Positions 16,717 to 24,594 of a DNA stretch of 32,000 nt are shown here, piece after piece (within the stretch, counting starts at the first letter, position 1; each line of letters opens with the position of its first letter). The stretch spans positions 2,768,017-2,800,016 of the forward strand of contig NZ_JQML01000001.1 of NCBI RefSeq assembly GCF_000744705.1, given 5' to 3'. The notes beneath the pieces were generated by a model. That model saw only the letters and a list, made by a program, of their open reading frames with translations, did not search any database and was not told the origin of the DNA. The position numbers were made by a program, and so were the translations under genes. This DNA comes from Streptacidiphilus albus JL83 (GTDB lineage: Bacteria > Actinomycetota > Actinomycetes > Streptomycetales > Streptomycetaceae).

Positions 16717-16833
16717 ACGACTTCGACTTCTTCACCGATACCTGGGACGTCGCCAACCGATAGCTGACGTAAATGCCACGTTATAGGCGTCGAAGCGCAC
16801 CGGTTCCGCGCCCCAGAGGCCACAAAAGGCGAG

Positions 16834-17229
16834 TCAGCAGTCCCCGATCTCCATGAGCGCGTCGATGTACTCCCTCTCGCTGACCCCCAGCTCCCTGCGA
16901 TCAAGGCTCTTGATAGGTTCAAAGAACTGCATGCCGAAGAGCCCGGTATCCGAGATTTCACCGAGTGCGTGCAATTCGTCTTCGCGACAGCCCGGGTCGG
17001 ACTCCACCACGGCAATTGTCGACAGGGTCATGGCAAGTAGCCTGACCTGGAATTGGTCGAACGCAGTGACCCAGTCAGTGATGGTCCCACATGCAGCACT
17101 TCGTTCATCGCGGCTTTTCGAGGTCAACCCCCGAACAAGGTCCAACAATTCTGAATTGCCTACTGACACGATCTTCCCCGCTCTCCGACGGTAGGTATTC
17201 ACTAAAGTCCTGGAAATTCCGAGGGCCAT
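16834..17229 (-). CDS. Putative immunity protein for the Rhs C-terminal toxin
   Basis: 131 aa. It would be 111 aa from the GTG at 17169, which has GGAGAGCGGGGAAG upstream. The gene sits immediately 3' of the Rhs gene, overlapping its stop by 28 nt if the start is 17229. GC is about 54% and the protein is acidic. No family recognised. Confidence 0.55.
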   Translation of the reverse strand: MALGISRTLVNTYRRRAGKIVSVGNSELLDLVRGLTSKSRDERSAACGTITDWVTAFDQFQVRLLAMTLSTIAVVESDPGCREDELHALGEISDTGLFGMQFFEPIKSLDRRELGVSEREYIDALMEIGDC

Positions 17230-20200
17230 GGCATATGAGTGTTGTTGGCTGCCGTCGGATTGTAGTGCGGACTGTTGGGATTGTGGACGTTGGGATGGAA
17301 CAGATTTCCGTCAATGTCTTGGTAGCGCTTGCCCACCTGAACCCTGTAGACGTCTCCCGTTGCTGCGTGCGAGCCAACCGGTGCTGTTCCGTCGGGTCCA
17401 TGAGCCCGGAGACGCACCGTGTTGCCGTCGTCGTCCGACCATTTGAACTCCACGCCATACTGGGCGCCGCCGTTCGAATGTGGCGTGAGCCATCGCACCT
17501 CTGCATCGTCCGGAACGATACTCATCGGGTCCTTTCCTCGAAGATCGTAGCCATGAGCCGGATTCTTCGCCGCTTGCTGAGGACCAGCCGTCTCGTGGGG
17601 TGAGAGGCCGAGAGGATCAGTCCAGGTGTGGGGGTTGCTGACGTAGGTGTCGGGGTTCGGGGCGGGGGTGAGGCCGAGGGGGTCGGGGGTGGTGTAGCGG
17701 GCGGTTTCGGGGTCGTAGTAGCGGTTGAGGTTGTAGTGGAGGCGGGTTTCGGGGTCGTAGTACTGCCCCGGGAAACGGAGGGGGGTGTAGGTGGTGCTGT
17801 CGCGCGGCCAGGTGGTGTTGCCCCAGAGGGTGGTGGTGGCGCGCCAGGCGATGGTGCCGGTGGCCGGGTCGAGGAGTTCGGTGGGGGTGCCGACGAGGTC
17901 GGTGACGATGGCGAAGAAGCGGCGGTCGATCCGGGCCTGGTCGTCCTGGGCACTGGGGGTGGTGATGGTCTCGGTCTGGGTGAGAGGGGTGAAGCCCTGG
18001 TGGTCCCACGTGATGGTGTGGGGGCCGGGAAGGTGGGATGCGTGGGTGGTCTGCTCGGTGAGGGTGGGGCCGTCCCAGGTGAAGTCGGTGCGCTCGACGA
18101 CGGTCTGTCCGTCGGCGGCCAGGCGGGACTTGGCGAGCCGGCGGCCCAGGGGGTCGTAGTGGTAGCGCCACTGGGTGCCGTCGGGGGTGGTGACCTGGGC
18201 GAGCTGGTTCTCGGCGTTCCAGGTGTAGTGCCAGCTGTCGGGCTTGCGGGACAGCCGGGTGACCTGGCGCAGGGTGACCCGGCCGGCGGCGTCGTGTTCG
18301 TAGCGGACGCGTCCGGCGGTGGTCAGCTGGGTGCCGGTGTAGGTGCGGCTGCCTTGGGCGAGAGTGCCGGCCGGGGTGGCCGGCCACTGGGCGTCGGTGA
18401 GGTTGCCGGCGGGGTCGTAGGCGTAGCTCTCGGTCCAGTCGGCGGCGCGGACGGCGGTGACACGCCCGGCGGGGTCGAGGTCGAAGCTGCGCGGGCCGGT
18501 GAGGTGGTCCTCGGTGCCGGTGAGGTTGCCGTCGCTGCGGTAGCGGTAGGCGCGGCGCTGGAGGACGGTCTCGCCCGCCTGGACCGTTTGACCAGTGAGA
18601 CGGGTGAGCTGGTCCCATTCGTTGGTCAGGGTGAGGGTGCCGGCGATGGTGCGGCGGCGTTCGCGTCCGGCCGGGTCGTGGGCGAAGTCGAGGGTGCCGC
18701 CGGTGGAGGCGAGGGTGGTGACCTGTCCGGCCGGGTCGTAGGCGTAGAGGGTGCTGTGGCCGGTGGGGGTGGTGCGCCGGGTGCGCCGGCCCAGGGGGTC
18801 GCGGCTGTGGTTGAGGGCGCGGCCGTTGACGGACTCGCCGAGCAGGTTGCCGAGCGGGTCGTAGGCGCGGGATATCTCGGCGTCGGTGTTGGCGGCGTGG
18901 ACGAGGCGGCCGGCGGGGTCGTAGGCGTAGCTGGTGGTGCGGCCGTCGGCGGCCTTGGCGACGGTGCGGCCGAGGATGTCGTACCGGTAGTCGGTCCGGA
19001 TGCCCAGGGGGTCGGTCAGCGCGGTCAACTGGCCTGCGGCGTCGCGCTGGTAGCGCACCGAGCGGCCGTGGAAGTCGTCCTCGCCGATGAGCTGTCCAGC
19101 GGCGTCGTAGAGGTATCTCCACTGCCGTCCCAAGGGGTCGGTGACGGCGGTGAGTTGCATGTGGGCGTCGTGGGTGAAGGCGATCCGGGCGCCGTCGGGA
19201 CCGGTGCGCGCGGCCAGGGTCTCGAAGTGGGTGTACTCGTAGCTGGTGGCCTGCCCCAGTTCATCGGTGTGGACGAGGAGGTTGCCTTCGCCGTCCCACT
19301 GCCAGGTCTGGGTGGAGCCGTCGGCAGCAGTGCGGGTCGCCGGTCGGCCCTCCACGGTCCAGGTCGTCCGGGTGACCGCGCCCAGGGCGTCGGTGAGTGT
19401 GACGGGTCGGCCGAAGGCGTCGCGTTGGCAGCGGACCGTGGCGCCGTTCGGGTCGGTGCTCTCGACCGGCAGTCCGGCGGCGTCGCAGCGGATGCGGGTG
19501 GTGTGGCCGAGGGCGTCGGTGACGGCGGCGAGGTGGCCGGCGGCGTCGTAGGCGTAGTGGGTGGTGGCGCCCAGGGGGTCGGTCAGGGTGGTGCGGCGGC
19601 CTTGGGCGTCGTACTCCTGCTGCCAGGCAGCGCCGTCGGCGTCCACGACCACGGTGGGCAGGCTGAGTTCGGCGTCGTAGGCGGCGGTGGCCCGGGAGCC
19701 GTCGGGGCGGGTGACGGCGGTGAGGTCGCCTTCGGCGTCGTAGTCGAAGCGGACGGTGCGGCCCAGGGGGTCGGTCTCGGTCAGCAGGCGGTCGTACTCG
19801 TCGCGTTGGTAGTGGGTGGTGTGGCCGAGGGGGTCGGTCCGGGCGGTGACCTGGTGGCGGTCGTTGATCCGGTAGGCGGTGGTGTGGCCCAGGGCGTTGG
19901 TCTCGGTGTGGACGCGCAGGCCGGTGTCGGGGTCGGGTTCGCCGTAGCTGAACTGGAAGCGCAGGGAGCCGTCGGCGCCGCCCTCGTCGATGACGCGGTT
20001 GCGGTCGTCGTAGGTGTACCAGTAGTGGCTGTTGTTGCGGTCGGTCCAGGAGGTGATCCGGCCCCAGGCGTCGTTGGCGAACCGCATCGGCAGGCCGGAG
20101 GAGTTGTAGACCTCGGTGAGGTGGCCGTCGGTGTAGCCGTAGCGCATCAGGCTCTGGTCGCCGCCGTCGGGGGCGGCGCCGGCCAGCAGGAGTTCGGTGA

Positions 20201-21035
20201 TGCGGCCGTACGCGACGGTGACCAGCAGGCGGTAACCGCCGGAGTGGGTGATCGAGAGAGGGGTGCCGTTGCGGTCGTAGTCGAGGTCGTAGTGGCGTCC
20301 TGAGCGGTCGCGGACCTGGGTGAGCAGGGCGGTGGCGCCGTCGGGTTGGACGGTGAACTCGCGGGCCAGGCCGCTGGCGCGGTCGGTGAGGGTGTAGAAG
20401 CGCTCCGCGTCGTCGACGGTCAGGTCGCGCCGGACTCCCGCGCTGGCCTGGACGGCCTGTCCGGGGGCGGGGTGGGGATAGGCCTGGGTGCGGCGGTCCG
20501 CGCCGAGGTGGACCACGCCCTGGTCGTCGATCTCCAGCCGTTCGTCGAAGGTGCAGACCCAGCGGCGGCCCATCCAGCGGCCCGCCCGGTAACCGGACTC
20601 GAAGCAGCGGGTGAACAGCAGCGGCAGCGAGCCGGGGAGGGAGGCGTCGGTCTGGTCGATGAACATCCGGCCGGTGGCCATGTCGACGGGCTCGCCGCCG
20701 TCGCAGACCGCGTTCTCGGCGCGTCCGGCGTCCTGCGGGTCGGAGACCTGGTCGCGCCCCGCGCCGGGGCCACTGTCGCCCGTGTCCCCGCCTACCGGAC
20801 CGGGGTCCTCGGGGTGGGGGTCGCCCACGGAGGGTTCTCCGCCGGGGCGTTCGGCGGACTTGGTGAGGTCGTCGACGGTCTTGGCCTCGTTGTCGGCGGC
20901 GTTGTCCGCGACCTGTCCGGCCTTCTCCTCGGTGTCCTTGAGAATGCCGTGGTAGGCGTCGGAGAAGTCCTTCGACAGGCCCTGTTCGGCCTTCTTCGCA
21001 GCATCTTCCAACGCGTGGGCTATCGCCTCGCTCAT
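17202..21035 (-). CDS. Rhs/YD-repeat polymorphic toxin with a variable 133-aa C-terminal tip
   Basis: 1277 aa from the ATG at 21035 (MSEAIAHALEDA...). GEPVDMATGRMFIDQTD is an N-terminal element typical of Rhs proteins. There are about 27 YD-type repeats (YAYDPAGR, YDPLGNLL and others). The core-end motif is RFPGQYYDPETRLHYNLNRYYDPETARYTTPDPLGL...YVSNPHTWTDPLGL, followed by an unrelated low-GC tail at 17205-17603. The ORF-track start at 21200 adds an Arg/Pro-rich extension and was rejected. Confidence 0.9.
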   Translation of the reverse strand: MSEAIAHALEDAAKKAEQGLSKDFSDAYHGILKDTEEKAGQVADNAADNEAKTVDDLTKSAERPGGEPSVGDPHPEDPGPVGGDTGDSGPGAGRDQVSDPQDAGRAENAVCDGGEPVDMATGRMFIDQTDASLPGSLPLLFTRCFESGYRAGRWMGRRWVCTFDERLEIDDQGVVHLGADRRTQAYPHPAPGQAVQASAGVRRDLTVDDAERFYTLTDRASGLAREFTVQPDGATALLTQVRDRSGRHYDLDYDRNGTPLSITHSGGYRLLVTVAYGRITELLLAGAAPDGGDQSLMRYGYTDGHLTEVYNSSGLPMRFANDAWGRITSWTDRNNSHYWYTYDDRNRVIDEGGADGSLRFQFSYGEPDPDTGLRVHTETNALGHTTAYRINDRHQVTARTDPLGHTTHYQRDEYDRLLTETDPLGRTVRFDYDAEGDLTAVTRPDGSRATAAYDAELSLPTVVVDADGAAWQQEYDAQGRRTTLTDPLGATTHYAYDAAGHLAAVTDALGHTTRIRCDAAGLPVESTDPNGATVRCQRDAFGRPVTLTDALGAVTRTTWTVEGRPATRTAADGSTQTWQWDGEGNLLVHTDELGQATSYEYTHFETLAARTGPDGARIAFTHDAHMQLTAVTDPLGRQWRYLYDAAGQLIGEDDFHGRSVRYQRDAAGQLTALTDPLGIRTDYRYDILGRTVAKAADGRTTSYAYDPAGRLVHAANTDAEISRAYDPLGNLLGESVNGRALNHSRDPLGRRTRRTTPTGHSTLYAYDPAGQVTTLASTGGTLDFAHDPAGRERRRTIAGTLTLTNEWDQLTRLTGQTVQAGETVLQRRAYRYRSDGNLTGTEDHLTGPRSFDLDPAGRVTAVRAADWTESYAYDPAGNLTDAQWPATPAGTLAQGSRTYTGTQLTTAGRVRYEHDAAGRVTLRQVTRLSRKPDSWHYTWNAENQLAQVTTPDGTQWRYHYDPLGRRLAKSRLAADGQTVVERTDFTWDGPTLTEQTTHASHLPGPHTITWDHQGFTPLTQTETITTPSAQDDQARIDRRFFAIVTDLVGTPTELLDPATGTIAWRATTTLWGNTTWPRDSTTYTPLRFPGQYYDPETRLHYNLNRYYDPETARYTTPDPLGLTPAPNPDTYVSNPHTWTDPLGLSPHETAGPQQAAKNPAHGYDLRGKDPMSIVPDDAEVRWLTPHSNGGAQYGVEFKWSDDDGNTVRLRAHGPDGTAPVGSHAATGDVYRVQVGKRYQDIDGNLFHPNVHNPNSPHYNPTAANNTHMPWPSEFPGL

Positions 21036-21184
21036 GACGCGAAGTGCAGACCGGCGGGGGTCCGGGCGTAGGTGCGCAGGCCGTCGGGATGGAAGGCGGC
21101 GCGTGCCCGCTGCCGGGCGCCCCGTAGCTTCGCCCCGATGAGCTGCGGGAACGTCCCTGTTCCGCTGGACAGTTCGATCGCCAT
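21032..21184 (-). CDS. 50-codon ORF coupled by ATGA to the Rhs gene (possible remnant or mini-version of the carrier gene)
   Basis: The product is MAIELSSGTGTFPQLIGAKLRGARQRARAAFHPDGLRTYARTPAGLHFAS. Its TGA overlaps the Rhs ATG, as at 4733-4736. There is weak positional similarity to the carrier C-terminus: KLRG lies about 30 aa from the end, and AG(L/V) is near the end. Confidence 0.3.
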   Translation of the reverse strand: MAIELSSGTGTFPQLIGAKLRGARQRARAAFHPDGLRTYARTPAGLHFAS

Positions 21185-21412
21185 CCGTACCCCCGAACAC
21201 ACGAACCCGTGACCGTGGGGCTCACGCTACCAAGACTCACAAGCCCATTTGCAGCGAAGTGAGTTGACCCTCGCTCCAGGCTCACGTCCCATTGACGGCC
21301 ACCATGTGACGGCTCGACGGCCACCGCCACGGACCGCCTGCCGTGAGCCCCGAGGGCTGCCCCTACGATGTCTCGGGTTCGAGAACGGTCGACGGATAGG
21401 GCGTGGCGGGGG

Positions 21413-23053
21413 ATGTCGGATCAGATACCCGGACCGGGGCAGCAGCAGCCGGGATGGACACCGGGACAGCAACAACAGCAGCCGCAGCATTGGCCGGGCC
21501 ACCCGCCGGCGGCGGGGCCGCCCGGGCCGGAGGCCGCCGCCACCCAGACCTACGACCCGCGCTACGGGCAGCAGCAGCCCGTACCGCCCGCGCAGCAGGG
21601 CGAGATCCACTACGCCCCGACGCAGCCCGCCCAGCCGAGCGTGCCGCAGCAGGCCGCCTACCCTCCGCCGCAGTACCCCGCGCCCGGCCCGCAGGCCCAG
21701 GGCTACCCGCCGCAGAACTATCCACAGCCGGTCGGCTACCCGCAACCGCAGCACCAGCCGCCCCTCGCCGGGTACCCCGTGCCCCAGCCATCGACGCCGA
21801 AGCGCGGGCTCAGCGGCGGGGCCATCGGCGGGATCATCGCCGCCGGGGTCGTGATCGCCTGTATCGCCGGCGCGGTGGTCATCCTCAACAACGCCGACAG
21901 CAGCGCCTCTGCCGGAGCCGCCTACAAGAGTGCCTGGACGGTGGGCAACGGTGCGGACTCGGGTTCGGACGAACTCGTGGGCGGCTGGCTGACCAGCACA
22001 CTCATCGTCCGGGCCGGCAGCCTCGGGGTCTCGGCCTACAACCTGAGCAACGGCTCCACGGCCTGGACGTTGCCCGCGCCCCAGGGAACCACCCAGCCCT
22101 GTGCGATCTCGCCCACGCTCAGCGCCGGCGGAATCGGCACCATCGCCTTCGGCACCAGCACCACGTCCTGCTCGCTGCTGACGGGGGTCGACAGCAGCAC
22201 CGGAAAGATCCTCTGGACCATCCGACTCACCGACAGTCAGAACCCGACCCCGACTGCGGCCCAGACCTACGTCCAGGGTTCGGTCGCGACCGTCATCGCC
22301 GGTGAGGTCTTCGGCGGCGTCGACGTCGCCACCGGCAGGACCGCCTGGAACTACACCAATCGCAGCGCGAGCTGCGCCGACCGGGCCTACGGCACCACCG
22401 GGGTCGTGCTGGTCGTGGACGACTGCTACGGCAGCAGCCCGGAGAACGCGCTGACGGCGGTGGACGGGGTCACCGGCAAGGTCGAATGGCAGCACAGCGA
22501 GAGCAGCATCGTCGACTTCGACGGCGTCATCGCGGCCGAACCGGTCGTCGGCGTCGAATCGGGAGACAGCGGGGACAGTGCCCTGCTCTTCGACAACTCG
22601 GGCAACACCACACCGTTCCAGGTACCCGACGCGCTGAACTCGCCGACCGGCCCCTTCTCCGATTCCGGGACCGCCCGAGTCGTCGGGCAGAACCTGATCG
22701 TCCAGTCCCAGGGGCTGGTCACCGTCAGCGGCGGCGGCAGCACCGGCGGCACGGTCGAGGCCTACAACATCTCCACCGGGGCACTGGCCTGGTCCTACTC
22801 GGGCGAGAGCAAGTACGGCGCCGAGTTGGTCGCCCCGTCGCCGGACGGCGTCGTGTACGCCATGTCCACCGGCAGCGACGACGGAACCCCGCACCTGGTC
22901 CGGCTCGACCCGGTCACCGGCAAGTCCACCATCATCGGCCGGTTGACCGGGACCAGCGGCTTCGAGCTGTCCGAGGACGACTTCTTCATCCTGCCGGGCG
23001 GCGGCGTCGTCTACCTCGGGTCGATGGGCGACGACGTGGAGGCCTATCACTGA
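21413..23053 (+). CDS. Single-pass membrane protein with a PQQ-like beta-propeller ectodomain and a Pro/Gln/Tyr-rich cytoplasmic N-tail
   Basis: The start may be 21413 or 21368. The TM segment is GGAIGGIIAAGVVIACIAGAVVIL. Repeated blades carry tG..aW motifs: NGSTAWTL, TGKILWTI, TGRTAWNY, TGKVEWQH and TGALAWSY. Confidence 0.7.
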   Translation: MSDQIPGPGQQQPGWTPGQQQQQPQHWPGHPPAAGPPGPEAAATQTYDPRYGQQQPVPPAQQGEIHYAPTQPAQPSVPQQAAYPPPQYPAPGPQAQGYPPQNYPQPVGYPQPQHQPPLAGYPVPQPSTPKRGLSGGAIGGIIAAGVVIACIAGAVVILNNADSSASAGAAYKSAWTVGNGADSGSDELVGGWLTSTLIVRAGSLGVSAYNLSNGSTAWTLPAPQGTTQPCAISPTLSAGGIGTIAFGTSTTSCSLLTGVDSSTGKILWTIRLTDSQNPTPTAAQTYVQGSVATVIAGEVFGGVDVATGRTAWNYTNRSASCADRAYGTTGVVLVVDDCYGSSPENALTAVDGVTGKVEWQHSESSIVDFDGVIAAEPVVGVESGDSGDSALLFDNSGNTTPFQVPDALNSPTGPFSDSGTARVVGQNLIVQSQGLVTVSGGGSTGGTVEAYNISTGALAWSYSGESKYGAELVAPSPDGVVYAMSTGSDDGTPHLVRLDPVTGKSTIIGRLTGTSGFELSEDDFFILPGGGVVYLGSMGDDVEAYH

Positions 23054-23090
23054 GGCCCGCGCCGACGACGATCCGTGGGCGCGGGCCTCA
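23051..23090. terminator. Bidirectional stem-loop between convergent genes
   Basis: TGAGGCCCGCGCC, a 14-nt loop, then GGCGCGGGCCTCA, giving a 13-bp perfect stem. It lies between the stops at 23053 and 23103. Confidence 0.6.
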
Positions 23091-23102
23091 GCTCAGCTCG
23101 GC

Positions 23103-24491
23103 TCAGCCCTGGTAGGGGCCGTTGCTGTTGCCGCCGCCGTTGCTGTTGCCGTACGGCGGCTGGTAGTTGGGCGGCTGCTGCTGCGGGGCCTGCGGCAGCT
23201 GCCCGTACGGGTCGTACGACGGCTGCCCGGGCTGCTGCGGCGGCGCGTAGGGCTGCGTCGCGGGCTGGTAGGCGGGCTGGGCGTAGGGCTGCTGCTGGTA
23301 CGGCAGCGCGGCGCTCTCGTCCGCTGCCTCCCGCTTCCGCCGCCGCGAGCGCGACACGCGCACGAACAGCAGGATGATGAGCAGCAGGACGACGAGGCCG
23401 CCACCGAGGAGCGCCAGGGCGATCATGTCGTCGTCATCGGCCCCCGCCGAGCTGCCGGCCGGCGCCGCGACGGTCGGTGTCGACGAGGCGAGCGCCGCCT
23501 GCGGCAGCGGCCCCGCGGCCGGCCCCGGGTTCTTGGCCAGCTGCGCCCACAGGGTCCACTGGTCGGCACGGGCTGTCCCATAGCCGTAGTGCAGGTCCGG
23601 AGCCGTGGCACCGGCCGGCAGGGAAGCCCCCTTGATGATCATGTTAATGATCTGACCAGCCGTCAACTGTGGGTATGCGGATCGGAGAACCGCGGCAATA
23701 GCTGAGACATAGGCCGTCGCGTAGCTGGTGCCGTCGTCCTTGTACATCTGGGTGTCGCTGCCGTCGCCGTCACGCACAATGCCGACCGCCGGCGCGGCTA
23801 CGACGACGTGGGAACTGAAGGTCGATCCGGACCATGCACTGCCGCTCTGATCCACGCCGCTGACGGAGACGACACCGGGGTAGGAGGCCGGATAATCATC
23901 CTCCTCAGTACCACTGTTCCCCGCACCTGCGACAACCACTACGTTCTTGGATTCCGCATACGCAACGGCCTGCTCCTCCGGCACACTCTCGGAAAACTGT
24001 GCGGCCAACGACAGGTTGATGACCGATGCCCCGTGATCGACGGCATACCTGATCCCTTGAGTCACGGTCACGGTGTTCGGGACGTTCCCCACACCCACTG
24101 GCAGGATCTTCGCTCCCGGCGCCAGGCCCATGATGCCGTCCTCATCGTTGGGGCCGTGGCCATGGCCTGCGATCAGACTGGCTACCCCGGTGCCGTGGCC
24201 GTCCGTCGAATAGTCCGTCTGGCCGTTGCCACCGTGGACGAAGTCGGTTCCTGGAAGCACCTGGCCGGTCAGGTCGACGTGAGTTGCCCTCACACCGGAG
24301 TCGACGACAGCGACGATCACGCCTTTGCCGGTGGAGTGCGGCCAGACAAGTTGCGCCGCGCCGTAGGCCGACAACGGCCACTCCGCCGCCCGTGCTCCGT
24401 CGTTGGCGCTCGCCGCCGGAGCGGCCGACAGTACCAACGCCCCCGCCAGAAGGGTGCCGACACCGGCACGCAGCACTCCCGCGACTCGCAT
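23103..24491 (-). CDS. mycP: Mycosin-like subtilisin (S8) protease with a C-terminal TM anchor
   Basis: 462 aa from the ATG at 24491. The signal peptide is MRVAGVLRAGVGTLLAGALVLSAAPAASA. The catalytic triad contexts are VAVVDSGV, DGHGTGVAS and DGTSYATAY. The C-terminal TM segment ALALLGGGLVVLLLIILLFV is followed by a P/Q/Y-rich tail. Confidence 0.75.
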   Translation of the reverse strand: MRVAGVLRAGVGTLLAGALVLSAAPAASANDGARAAEWPLSAYGAAQLVWPHSTGKGVIVAVVDSGVRATHVDLTGQVLPGTDFVHGGNGQTDYSTDGHGTGVASLIAGHGHGPNDEDGIMGLAPGAKILPVGVGNVPNTVTVTQGIRYAVDHGASVINLSLAAQFSESVPEEQAVAYAESKNVVVVAGAGNSGTEEDDYPASYPGVVSVSGVDQSGSAWSGSTFSSHVVVAAPAVGIVRDGDGSDTQMYKDDGTSYATAYVSAIAAVLRSAYPQLTAGQIINMIIKGASLPAGATAPDLHYGYGTARADQWTLWAQLAKNPGPAAGPLPQAALASSTPTVAAPAGSSAGADDDDMIALALLGGGLVVLLLIILLFVRVSRSRRRKREAADESAALPYQQQPYAQPAYQPATQPYAPPQQPGQPSYDPYGQLPQAPQQQPPNYQPPYGNSNGGGNSNGPYQG

Positions 24492-24594
24492 GACCCGCCC
24501 CAATCGTCCTGTTTCATGGCGCTGGCTCCACAGGCACTCCTGTGGAGCCAGCAGGACCATACTCACACTTCCTGGGATCGCCTCGTGCGGGTCG

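Noticed and set aside
17628-21330. Long ORFs overlapping the Rhs gene: 17628-20303 on the plus strand (891 aa), 19261-21330 on the minus strand (689 aa) and 17617-19122 on the minus strand (501 aa).
   Set aside because: They are alternative-frame or antisense products made of monotonous Gly/Val/Ala or Arg/Pro/His runs. The 17202-21035 frame contains about 27 YD repeats and the Rhs core-end motif.
21227-23050. A 607-aa minus-strand ORF opposite the beta-propeller gene.
   Set aside because: It has shadow-ORF composition (Arg/Gly/Asp/Pro-rich). The plus frame has a TM helix and repeated propeller blades.
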